From Pseudomonadota bacterium (GTDB taxonomy: Bacteria > Pseudomonadota > Gammaproteobacteria > Magnimaribacterales > D2472), in assembly GCA_028404565.1 (NCBI GenBank), contig JAOOBR010000005.1, forward strand, positions 2,454-66,453: a stretch of 64,000 nt of DNA, in the 5' to 3' direction. Both the position numbers and the translations under genes were made by a program. The notes under the pieces are model-generated. The model did not search any database, was not told where the DNA came from, and saw nothing but the letters and a program-made list of their open reading frames with translations. Below are positions 30,130 through 40,200 of the stretch, piece by piece. The stretch's first letter is position 1, and each line of letters opens with the position of its first letter.

Positions 30130-31053
30130 TTATTCGATGTATGTCAGCCAGTTTCTTGAGTTATTGTCAGTTCCAAGAACTGCATTCTCATAATTTATTT
30201 GTATTTCTTTTGTAATTGGCCCAACAGTTCCGTTAGAGATTATCTTTTTATCAATTTTTGTAATTGGGGTAACTTCTACTGCTGTACCAGTGAAAAAAGC
30301 CTCATCACATTCAATAATGTGCTCATATGACCAGTCTCCCTCTTCAACTTTATGGCCAAGATCTTTTGCGATCTCTATAACCGATTGTCGGGTTATTCCA
30401 TTTAAACAATTCTTTGTTGTTGGCGTCTTGATAAGACCATCCTTTAAAAAGAAAATATTTTCCCCGCTGCCCTCAGAAATATAACCATCATTATCAAGAA
30501 TTAGCGCCTCATCAGCTCCTTTCGTAACCGCATCTTGCAAGGCAACAATTGAATTTACATAAGTCCCAGTAATTTTATAGTTTGACCAATTGGGATTTTT
30601 ATATTGTTTATATGGGGACTTGACGACAGAAATTCCTTTCTGTTTTGATTCAGGATCCATATATGAGGGCCATTCCCATGCTGCAATAATTACATTTACT
30701 GATAAATCTTCTGCTCTTAGACCAAGTGACTCATTTCCTAAGTAAATTATTGGTCTAATGTATGCCTCATCAAAATTATTTTTAAGCAATACAGTCTTTT
30801 GGGCTTCAATAATTTCTTCAATAGAATATGGAATATCTATATTTACTATTTTTGCAGCCTCAAAAAGTCTTTCCGTATGCTCTTTTACCCTGAAAATTGC
30901 CGGCCCATTTTCTGTATTGTATGCTCGCACTCCTTCAAAAACACCTACACCATAATGCAGGGTATGCGTTAAAGAATGAACATTGCATTCATCCCATGAA
31001 ACCAGGTCTCCATTTCTCCAAATCTTTTTATTTTTGTAAGTTAAATCAAACAC
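30130..31053 (-). CDS. ilvE: Branched-chain amino acid aminotransferase
   Basis: 307 aa of the class IV aminotransferase family (HYGVGVFEGVRAY, EGSGENIF). Confidence 0.92.
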   Translation of the reverse strand: MFDLTYKNKKIWRNGDLVSWDECNVHSLTHTLHYGVGVFEGVRAYNTENGPAIFRVKEHTERLFEAAKIVNIDIPYSIEEIIEAQKTVLLKNNFDEAYIRPIIYLGNESLGLRAEDLSVNVIIAAWEWPSYMDPESKQKGISVVKSPYKQYKNPNWSNYKITGTYVNSIVALQDAVTKGADEALILDNDGYISEGSGENIFFLKDGLIKTPTTKNCLNGITRQSVIEIAKDLGHKVEEGDWSYEHIIECDEAFFTGTAVEVTPITKIDKKIISNGTVGPITKEIQINYENAVLGTDNNSRNWLTYIE

Positions 31054-31119
31054 TCTATTGCATTTATAATTAATAAAATCGAAGGTATTATGACAAACAA
31101 GCTATCAAATCAAAAGTAA

Positions 31120-32487
31120 ATGTCAGAACTTATAAAATCAATATTTAGGGAATATGACATTAGAGGTATTTTCCCAGATGAGCTTAATGAAGATTCAATT
31201 GCGAAAATAGCAAAATCCATAGCTCAAAAATGTCATCAAGAATCAGTTGCTGAAGTTGTAATTGCCCGAGATGGAAGACTGTCTGGTCCGACTCTTTTGG
31301 AATCTCTCCAAGAATCTTTAAACATGCATGGAATTAATACTATAAATATAGGACTTGCTACAAGTCCTCTTCTCTACTATGCAGCAAAAAAACAAGCTTC
31401 TAAGTCTGGAATTATGATTACAGGGAGTCACAATCCTAAAAACTACAATGGAATTAAGCTTATTGTAGATGATAAACCTGTATCTGGAACGGAAATATTT
31501 GAGCTTTCTAAAACAGATATATCTTTAGAAGACTCAAATGGTGAAAATAGATTCTTGGATATAAAAGATGACTATATTAACGAGGTTAAAAATAGCTTTA
31601 ATTTTAAAAACCTCAAAGTAGTGGTTGATTGTGGAAATGGTGCAGCCGGAATTATTGCTCCAGAGTTATTAAGAACAGTTGGCTGCGAAGTCATCGAAAT
31701 ATTCTGTGATGTTGATGGGAATTTCCCAAATCATCATCCGGATCCAGGAAAAGAAAAGAATTTAGTGGATCTTATTGAAAAAGTAAAAGAGGTCTCTGCA
31801 GATGTTGGTGTTGCCTTTGATGGCGATGGAGACAGGCTTGGAGCAGTAACTTCATCAGGAAGATTGATTTATCCAGACCAAATGATGATGATGTTCTCAA
31901 AAAAAATACTTTCGAATAATGGACCCGAAACTATTGTTTTTGATGTTAAGTGCTCAGACTTTCTTCCTCAAATAATTGAAGAAAATGATGGAATACCTTT
32001 CATGAGTCCTACTGGGCATTTTCATATTAAAAATAATATAAAAAAATATAATGCCATACTAGGAGGTGAAATGAGTGGTCATATTTTCTTTAATGATATT
32101 TGGCATGGTTTTGATGATGGTCATTATTCCGCAATAAGGCTTTTAGACATCATGAATGAAACTGGATCATCACTAGATGATTTATTGGATAGCCTTCCCA
32201 TTTCTTATTCAACCCCAGAATTAAACATAGATGTTCCTGAGGAGAGAAAGTTTAAAATAATTGAGGATTTCATTGAAAATGCATCAATTGATGGAAAAAA
32301 AGATTTTACTGACGGTCTTCGAGCCTCATTTGAGAATGGTTGGGCTCTGTTAAGAGCTTCAAATACGACTCCTAAGCTTGTCTTGAGATTTGAAGCAAAT
32401 AGCCAAGAATCGCTAGAAAAGATTCAAAAAAACTTTTTGGAAGAATTAAAAAAATTCTTACCAAATGAAGATATTAATTTAGAATAA
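31120..32487 (+). CDS. algC: Phosphomannomutase / phosphoglucomutase
   Basis: 455 aa with active-site TGSHNPKNYNG, Mg site FDGDGDR and GGEMSGH. Confidence 0.9.
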   Translation: MSELIKSIFREYDIRGIFPDELNEDSIAKIAKSIAQKCHQESVAEVVIARDGRLSGPTLLESLQESLNMHGINTINIGLATSPLLYYAAKKQASKSGIMITGSHNPKNYNGIKLIVDDKPVSGTEIFELSKTDISLEDSNGENRFLDIKDDYINEVKNSFNFKNLKVVVDCGNGAAGIIAPELLRTVGCEVIEIFCDVDGNFPNHHPDPGKEKNLVDLIEKVKEVSADVGVAFDGDGDRLGAVTSSGRLIYPDQMMMMFSKKILSNNGPETIVFDVKCSDFLPQIIEENDGIPFMSPTGHFHIKNNIKKYNAILGGEMSGHIFFNDIWHGFDDGHYSAIRLLDIMNETGSSLDDLLDSLPISYSTPELNIDVPEERKFKIIEDFIENASIDGKKDFTDGLRASFENGWALLRASNTTPKLVLRFEANSQESLEKIQKNFLEELKKFLPNEDINLE

Positions 32488-32492
32488 TATAA

Positions 32493-33062
32493 ATGCCTAA
32501 AGAAAATAGGAAACAAATCATTCTTCAGTCACTAGCAAGTCTTCTAGAAGAAAGAAATCTTTCAAAAGTTACTACTGCTCTTTTGGCAGAGAAATCTTCA
32601 ATTACAGAAGCAGCATTATATAGACATTTCCCAAGCAAAAGATCTATTTATTTAGAATTGTTTTCTTTTTGTGACGAGACAATAATCTCGAAGTGCGCTG
32701 AAATAAAGAAAAGTAAAGATAGCGCAGAAAAAAATGCAAAAAATCTATTTATGTTTTGTATATTATTTATTGAAAAAAATAAGGGCTTTGCGAGACTCCT
32801 ATCAAGGGAGGCTTTAAGTGCAAACGAACAAAATGTAGTTGATGCCACTAACCAATTCTATGAAAGGCTGGAACTAAATTTTAAACAAATATTACAAAAA
32901 GACTCTGATTCGCTAGTATCACAGCCAGGGATATCGTCTCATCTATTAATTACTTCACTCGAAGGTACAATCTCCAGATATATAAGATCTAAGTTTAAAG
33001 AGAAGCCAAGCTCGTATATTGAAAATATTTGGACACTCTTACAAATATCTCTTTTTAAATAA
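32493..33062 (+). CDS. slmA: Nucleoid occlusion factor SlmA (TetR family)
   Basis: 189 aa. The HTH region VTTALLAEKSSITEAALYRHFPSKRSIY closely follows the SlmA pattern. Confidence 0.75.
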   Translation: MPKENRKQIILQSLASLLEERNLSKVTTALLAEKSSITEAALYRHFPSKRSIYLELFSFCDETIISKCAEIKKSKDSAEKNAKNLFMFCILFIEKNKGFARLLSREALSANEQNVVDATNQFYERLELNFKQILQKDSDSLVSQPGISSHLLITSLEGTISRYIRSKFKEKPSSYIENIWTLLQISLFK

Positions 33063-33064
33063 AC

Positions 33065-35506
33065 TTATAAATCTTCGCTTAAAAAAAGCTCGAAATAACT
33101 TTCATCCTCTGCAGACTTACTAAGTTCTCCAGTTTTTTTATTTATTCTTACATAAGAAATGCCATCTGGAAGAGTAAATTCATCTACATCAATCTTTTTG
33201 AAAGCAGAGTTCATGTAATCTATCCAAATTGGTAATGCTGTTGTAGATCCAAATTCATTATCACCAAGAGATTCAAAATCATCGTTACCCACCCAAACCG
33301 TTGTTACAATATTTGAGTTGAAACCACTAAACCATGTACTTACAGCATCGTTTGTGGTTCCTGTCTTCCCAGCAAAATCTTTTCTCTCTAAATATCGTGT
33401 AAGCCTTCCATTTGATCCTCTTTGGGAAGCTTCTTTTAGAATATCTTTCACCATAAATGCAACTCTTGGGTCAATAACAGGATCTGATTTATTTAGTGGT
33501 GGCAAAAGAAAATATGGCTTTGATGCATCTAGCTGTACTGTGTTGAGCCATGGAAAAGCAGAAATGCTAGAAATATTTACAACATCTATTTCTGAGTGAT
33601 CAAAAATGATATCTCCATTCTTATCCTTAATATGACTTACATAATGAATATCAGAAATCAATCCATCGTTTGCAAAGACACTAAAGCCTCTAGCAACCTC
33701 TGCAGGAGAAAAATTGCCTGATCCTAAAGCTAAACTCAGATCTTGGGGCAGTCTCTCTAAGCCAAAACCAAAATTATCAACAGTTTCAGATGATTTTTTT
33801 ATACCGATTTCTCTTAAAAGCTTTATTGAAACAATATTTATTGATTGAACAAGTGCCTCCCTAAGAGTTGTTAAGCCATAAAATTTGCCTGAATAATTTT
33901 CAGGTCTCCAAAAAGTTTCAAGATTCTCATCTTCAAAAATAATTGGAGCATCATTAATTAAAGATGACGGGTTATAGCCTCCACTGAAAGCTGATGCATA
34001 AATGAAAGGCTTGAAAACTGATCCTGATTGAGGATAAGACTGCCTAACTCTATCAAATTGAGAGTCATTGAATATTGATCCGCCAACATAGGATAGTACC
34101 TCGCCAGTCTTTGGATTGAAGGAAATTAATGATGACTGTGCTTGAGGTATTTGATCTAACTTAACTTGATCATTTTCAGAAGAAAGATAAACCAAATCTC
34201 CAACATTCAGTAAATCCATGAATCCCTTTGGAACTGACCCTCTCCTATTCTCATCTATAAATTCTCTAGCCCAAGAATAACTTTCATCCCATTGAATGGT
34301 TTTAAAATTAAATTGCTCATCAATAGCTGTAAATCCTGAATCCCAGACTTCTAAAACAATAGCTCTGTGATGGGATTGAATAAATGGATTCTCTTCAAAA
34401 ATGTCACGAAGCAAGTCCTCTGATATATTCTGGTAATTAATTGGATCTGATTGGATAACATAATCTTGAGATAATAAAAAATTAAAATCTTCGCTTTCTA
34501 TAGATTGAAAGAATTCATCACCCAATCTATCAATATAATTATTTTTTTCTCGCCAGCCATGTCTTTTATCATACTCAAATAGCCTTTTTGTTATTGCTTC
34601 GTTTGCGCTTTCTTGAAGTTCAGAGTCAACAGTTGTATAAACAGACCAGCCTTCCTCATATGCTCTAATACCGTATCTGTTAATTACTTGAAACCTTGCA
34701 AGTTCTGCAAGATGGCTAGCTTCAAGATCATAGTTATTGATAGATATAGGAAGGTTTATTTCACTATTTATTGCAGTTTGATAGTCTTGCTCAGAGATAA
34801 AGTCTAAAAGTCTCATTCTGTATAAAACCCAATTCCTTCTTGCTTTAGTTCTCTCTGGGTTCCTAATTGGGTTTACTCTTGATGGAAGTTGAGCAAGAGA
34901 AGCTATTAAAGCTGATTCAGCTATAGTTAACTCTTCAACTGATTTACCAAAATAAGTATTAGCAGCTGCTTCAATCCCATAAGATCTATTGCCTAAAAAG
35001 ATTGTATTTACATATATCTCAAATATTTCTTCCTTTGAAAATACACTTTCAAGGTGAAATGCTAAAAAGATTTCTTTAATCTTTCTCCTAACTTTCTTTT
35101 CTCGAGTTAAAAGATAGTTTCTTACAACTTGCATTGTAATTGTTCCACCACCAGTTGCATCAAGGCCTACTCTAATATATTGAGAAAAAGCTCTTATCAA
35201 GCTTGGATACGAAACACCTCTATGCTCAAAAAAGCCGTCATCCTCTGCAGCTAGAAAAGCATTCTTCAAATCTTCAGGTATTTCTTCGAAGCCTAAAGGT
35301 CTTCTTTTCTTTTCTCCAAATTCTCCAATTAACTTCTCATCAGATGTATATATTTTTAGAGGTATTTGAAGTTTTGATTGATCAACATTGTCTACCCTTG
35401 GAAGTTCAGATAGTAAATAGAGGTATGTTGAGAGTATTATTATGCCAATAAAGGTTGCAACAAAAATTGCAACTTTCAGGAATAACTCTAAAAGCCTACT
35501 AACCAT
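33065..35506 (-). CDS. mrcA: Penicillin-binding protein 1A (bifunctional transglycosylase/transpeptidase)
   Basis: 813 aa. GT51 motifs (EDDGFFEHRGV, GGGTITMQ) and transpeptidase SGSVFKPF, SIN, KTGTT. Confidence 0.95.
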   Translation of the reverse strand: MVSRLLELFLKVAIFVATFIGIIILSTYLYLLSELPRVDNVDQSKLQIPLKIYTSDEKLIGEFGEKKRRPLGFEEIPEDLKNAFLAAEDDGFFEHRGVSYPSLIRAFSQYIRVGLDATGGGTITMQVVRNYLLTREKKVRRKIKEIFLAFHLESVFSKEEIFEIYVNTIFLGNRSYGIEAAANTYFGKSVEELTIAESALIASLAQLPSRVNPIRNPERTKARRNWVLYRMRLLDFISEQDYQTAINSEINLPISINNYDLEASHLAELARFQVINRYGIRAYEEGWSVYTTVDSELQESANEAITKRLFEYDKRHGWREKNNYIDRLGDEFFQSIESEDFNFLLSQDYVIQSDPINYQNISEDLLRDIFEENPFIQSHHRAIVLEVWDSGFTAIDEQFNFKTIQWDESYSWAREFIDENRRGSVPKGFMDLLNVGDLVYLSSENDQVKLDQIPQAQSSLISFNPKTGEVLSYVGGSIFNDSQFDRVRQSYPQSGSVFKPFIYASAFSGGYNPSSLINDAPIIFEDENLETFWRPENYSGKFYGLTTLREALVQSINIVSIKLLREIGIKKSSETVDNFGFGLERLPQDLSLALGSGNFSPAEVARGFSVFANDGLISDIHYVSHIKDKNGDIIFDHSEIDVVNISSISAFPWLNTVQLDASKPYFLLPPLNKSDPVIDPRVAFMVKDILKEASQRGSNGRLTRYLERKDFAGKTGTTNDAVSTWFSGFNSNIVTTVWVGNDDFESLGDNEFGSTTALPIWIDYMNSAFKKIDVDEFTLPDGISYVRINKKTGELSKSAEDESYFELFLSEDL

Positions 35507-35564
35507 AATTTTAATATTTTATATGTTTAGGTGCTAAAATTCGCAGCTTAATGAAAAATCTTTT

Positions 35565-36071
35565 ATGAATATTTACATTGTCGGGCCTATGGGATCAGGA
35601 AAATCTACCGTTGGTAAAATAGTAGCTCGCTCGCTTTTTTTAGATTTCTTGGACTCTGACGAAGAAATAGAAAAAACAACAGGTGCTAGCATTGATTGGA
35701 TTTTTGATCTTGAAGGAGAGGAAGGATTTAGAAAAAGAGAGACGGCTGAGCTTGAAAAGATAGTGCAACTTAATTCTCATGTTGTTGCAACTGGCGGTGG
35801 AATTATTCTATCTGATCACAATCGAAATCTTCTTAGCGCACGAGGTGTTGTTATTTACTTAGAAACTCCTATAAAAACCCAAGTTGAGAGAACAAGTAAA
35901 GATAAAGATAGGCCTTTATTAAAAGATGGTGATCCGAAATTAATACTGACAAAACTTAATACTGAGCGAGAGCATTTGTACAAAGAAGTATCTGACTATG
36001 CAATTCAAACGAGTGATAAATCCAGTCAAGAAGTTGCAGACCAAATAATAAATATTATTAAGAATAAATAA
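35565..36071 (+). CDS. aroK: Shikimate kinase
   Basis: 168 aa with GPMGSGKSTVGK P-loop and GGGIIL. Confidence 0.93.
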   Translation: MNIYIVGPMGSGKSTVGKIVARSLFLDFLDSDEEIEKTTGASIDWIFDLEGEEGFRKRETAELEKIVQLNSHVVATGGGIILSDHNRNLLSARGVVIYLETPIKTQVERTSKDKDRPLLKDGDPKLILTKLNTEREHLYKEVSDYAIQTSDKSSQEVADQIINIIKNK

Positions 36072-37255
36072 TGAAAAAAGTATTTGCTGGAGTAGACAAG
36101 AAGTATCCAATCATTATTGGTAAAAAATCTGTAATGAAAGATTTCTTACCTAGAGCAGTTAAGAATAATACTAAAATAATGATTATCACAGATAAAGGTA
36201 TTCCAAAAGAAATAATAGAGTATGTAAGCAAAATCCTTGAAAAAGATCCAAAAATCTTAAAAATCCATAAAGTTGCTCAAGGTGAAGAATCAAAGTCTTT
36301 TGCTCAATTAGAGAAAATCCAAAACAAGCTTGCTAAGCTGCGCTTTGATAGAAGTGATTGTATTATTGCTTTAGGCGGAGGTGTCGTTGGTGATCTAGCA
36401 GGTTATGTAGCTTCGAGCTACCAGCGTGGTATCGATTTCATTCAAATCCCAACTACGTTACTAGCACAAGTTGATTCTTCAGTTGGGGGCAAGACAGCAA
36501 TTAACTTAGAGCATGGAAAAAATCTAGTTGGTGCTTTTTATAACCCTAAATTAGTTTTAATTTGTCCAGAGTTTCTCAAAACACTTTCTGATCGCGAGTA
36601 TTATGCTGGTATAGCTGAGGTCTTTAAATATGGATTAATTCGAGAAAAAAAGATCTTCAGAATATTTGAAGAAAGCTTCAAAAAGATCTCATCAAGACAG
36701 CAAAAAATTATGAATGAGTTAATTCTTTTATCTGTTAAAACAAAAGCTAAGATAGTTCTTGAAGATGAAAAAGAAGAAGGAGTAAGAGCAATCCTTAATT
36801 ATGGTCATACTTTTGGTCATGCTGTTGAGGCTTCTACAAACTATGATAAATTCCTTCATGGGGAAGCTGTATTAATTGGAATGGATTTTGCAACAACTTT
36901 TTCACATCTTGAAGGTCATCTTAGTTTGCAAGAAGCAATGAAAATTACTAATATTCTTCAAAAAATATATAATAAATTGCCCGCTCGTATTAAGAGACAA
37001 TTCCGAGATTTTGCTTGTGATTTACATATTGATTATCGCTTTGGTAAGAAGTTTTACAGAATTATGTTTCAAGATAAAAAAGTCAAGGCAGGTAAATTAA
37101 ACATGATCCTCTTGAAATCTATTGGATCAGCATTTGTAACTAACAACTTTAAAAACAGTCTTGCAACTCATCAACATCAAGCACCAGAGAAATGGAATAA
37201 TTATTATCCGAAAAAAGAAAACTTACTAATGATTTCTCCTGGTTTAAAGTTTTAG
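36071..37255 (+). CDS. aroB: 3-dehydroquinate synthase
   Basis: 394 aa with GGGVVGDLAGYVAS and NYGHTFGHA. Start overlaps the aroK stop. Confidence 0.93.
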   Translation: MKKVFAGVDKKYPIIIGKKSVMKDFLPRAVKNNTKIMIITDKGIPKEIIEYVSKILEKDPKILKIHKVAQGEESKSFAQLEKIQNKLAKLRFDRSDCIIALGGGVVGDLAGYVASSYQRGIDFIQIPTTLLAQVDSSVGGKTAINLEHGKNLVGAFYNPKLVLICPEFLKTLSDREYYAGIAEVFKYGLIREKKIFRIFEESFKKISSRQQKIMNELILLSVKTKAKIVLEDEKEEGVRAILNYGHTFGHAVEASTNYDKFLHGEAVLIGMDFATTFSHLEGHLSLQEAMKITNILQKIYNKLPARIKRQFRDFACDLHIDYRFGKKFYRIMFQDKKVKAGKLNMILLKSIGSAFVTNNFKNSLATHQHQAPEKWNNYYPKKENLLMISPGLKF

Positions 37256-37275
37256 AGGTAAATAAAATACTCTTT

Positions 37276-40200
37276 TTAAGCAGCGCTAGCTGTTGTAGCT
37301 TTTAGAAGATCATTAACACTCAGAGCAACTGGAGAAACAAGCCAAAAATTTGGCAGATATCTTTCAAAATCTTCTAATATTTCTTTTGCTTTCATGCTCT
37401 TGGTATTCTTGAAATGTTCCTCAATAAGAAGTTTAAGATTTTGTCTATGTGGATCCATAGTTTCACTCAAAACTCTGTCCAAATTTATCAATTCACGATT
37501 GCATTTGTCGAAGAATGATCTCCTTTCATCCAATACATATGAAAATCCACCCGTCATTCCTGCTCCGAAATTTGCTCCAACTTCACCTAAAATAACAACC
37601 TGCCCTCCTGTCATGTATTCACAACAATGATCTCCAGCTCCCTCAATGACTGCAGTTGCTCCAGAGTTTCTAACTGCAAAACGTTCTCCAACTCCCCCTG
37701 AAACAAATAATTTCCCTCCGGTTGCTCCGTAAAGCGCTGTATTCCCTGCAACTATATTGTTGAGATTCTTTTCTAGCCTTTTAGGCGGCTTAACAACTAT
37801 TCTTCCGCCGTTCATCCCCTTTCCAAGATAATCATTTACATCACCTTCGACTTTTAAATTCAAACCTTTAATGTTCCAACAACCAAAACTTTGTCCTGCT
37901 GAGCCAGTGAAATTTAAACTAATTTTGTTATCTAGACCATCTTCTCCAAAATTTTCTGCAATGAATCCAGAAATAGATGCCCCTACAGACCTATCGCTAT
38001 TTGTAATATTAAATCTTAAAGTCTTTGATTTATTTGAAAGAATACTTTTTTTCGCTTTTGCTAAGATCTCTTTGTTTAGTTGGCCTTTATCCCAAGGCCT
38101 ATTCCTATTTGAATTACAAAAGTAAGGTTGTAAAGACTTTTTATTGGAAGCTAAGATTGGACTTAAATCTAAATCACCATACCTTTCTGGCATAACTTTT
38201 ATAACATCTAAAAGTTCAGTCTTTCCAATTATATTCTCAAGTTTTTGTTCGCCAAGTTCAGCAAGAATTTCACGCACCTCATTACTTATAAATTTAAAGT
38301 AATTTACGACTCTTTCTTTCTCTCCAACAAAATGTCTATCAATTATGTCAGATCGCTGTGTTGCAACACCTGTTGCACAATTATTGAGATGGCATATTTT
38401 AAGATACTTGCATCCCATAGCTATCATTGGGCCAGTCCCAAAGCCAAAAGATTCAGCACCCATAATCGCAGCTTTAACAACATCCAGTCCGGTCTTTAAG
38501 CCGCCATCAACTTGCACTCTTACTCTTCCCCTTAATCCGCTTTCTCTCAAAGCTTGATGAGTTTCAGATAAACCTAATTCCCATGGAGACCCTGCATATC
38601 TTATTGAGGAAATAGGGCTGGCTCCAGTTCCTCCATCATGACCAGAAATTGTTATTAAATCGGCATAAGCTTTTGCAACCCCACAAGCAATTGTTCCAAC
38701 TCCTGGTTCAGAAACTAACTTTACTGATACAAGAGCTTTGGGATTTACTTGTTTAAGATCAAAAATTAATTGTGCGAGATCTTCTATTGAATAAATATCA
38801 TGATGCGGTGGTGGAGATATCAGAGTGATGCCCGGAGTTGAATATCGTAATCTTGCAATTAGCTCATTAACTTTTCCGCCAGGAAGTTGGCCTCCCTCAC
38901 CAGGCTTTGCCCCCTGTGCAATTTTTATTTGAAGGACCTCAGCACTTACTAAATATTCAGGAGTAACACCAAATCTTCCAGAGGCGATTTGCTTTATTTT
39001 TGAACGTTTATTTGTTCCATATCTTTCTTTCGCTTCTCCTCCTTCACCTGAATTCGATCTACCGCCAATAGAATTCATAGCTTCAGCAAGAGTTTCATGA
39101 GCTTTTGGCGATAATGAGCCTAAACTCATTCCAGCTGAATCAAATCTTTTTAGAATATGTTTTTGTGGTTCAACTTTTGATTTTTTGATCTTTGGTTTTT
39201 TACTTTTAAAGTCTAAAAGATCTCTGAGCATGGAAGCTGGTCTTGAATTTACTAAATTAGAATATTTTCTATACTCATCTTCATCTCCGCTTCTTACTGC
39301 TTCTTGTAATGTTTTCACTACATCAGGGTTATAACTATGGTATTCACCGCCATGAATAAACTTTAATAAACCACCGACGCTTACATCGGATATATTTGAC
39401 TTTGCATATAATGAAATATTCCTGTTTTCATTTTCAAGATTTCTAAAGTTCTTTCCACCAATTCTGCTATCCGTATTTGTGAAACATTTATCTACAACTT
39501 CATTTGATAGTCCAACTATTTCAAAAAGTTGTGATCCTCTATAACTAGAAATTAATGAAATGCCTAACTTTGAGATTATTTTTAATAGGCCTTTATTAAT
39601 TCCCTTTCTATACTTTGCGCAATTTTCAAAGGGATCGCCTTTTAACTCATTTTTATGACTAAGGTCTAAGATTGTTTGGTATGCGAGCCATGGATAGACG
39701 GAGGTCGCGCCGAAAGCAATAAGACAGGCAATTTGATGAGTATCTCTGGCAGAACCAGTGCTGACAATAATATTTACTTTAGTTCTCTTTCTTTGCTCTA
39801 TTAGGGCTTGATGAAGAGCTCCAGTTGCCATCAAAGCATTCAAAGATAATTTATTTTTTGATGGCAGTACCTCATTTAGATGAATAATTGTTGCGCCTTT
39901 ATCTATGGCTGAAGAAACGTCTAAAATCAGCTTATCAATTGCATCTGAAATTGAACTACTTTCACCATATTCAAGATCAAAGGTTTTAACTTTAAAAATC
40001 TTATTTTTTAAAATCCAATCAAGTTTTTTATAAGAAAGAATTGGAGAGTAAGTAACTAAGCGTTTTGCATGCCCAGATGATGGTTCAAATATATTTAGTT
40101 CAGGTCCATAACATGTCTCTAGAGACATCACTGATTGTTCTCTTAATGAATCGATTGGTGGATTTGTGACCTGAGAGAATTGTTGCCTAAAATAGTCATA

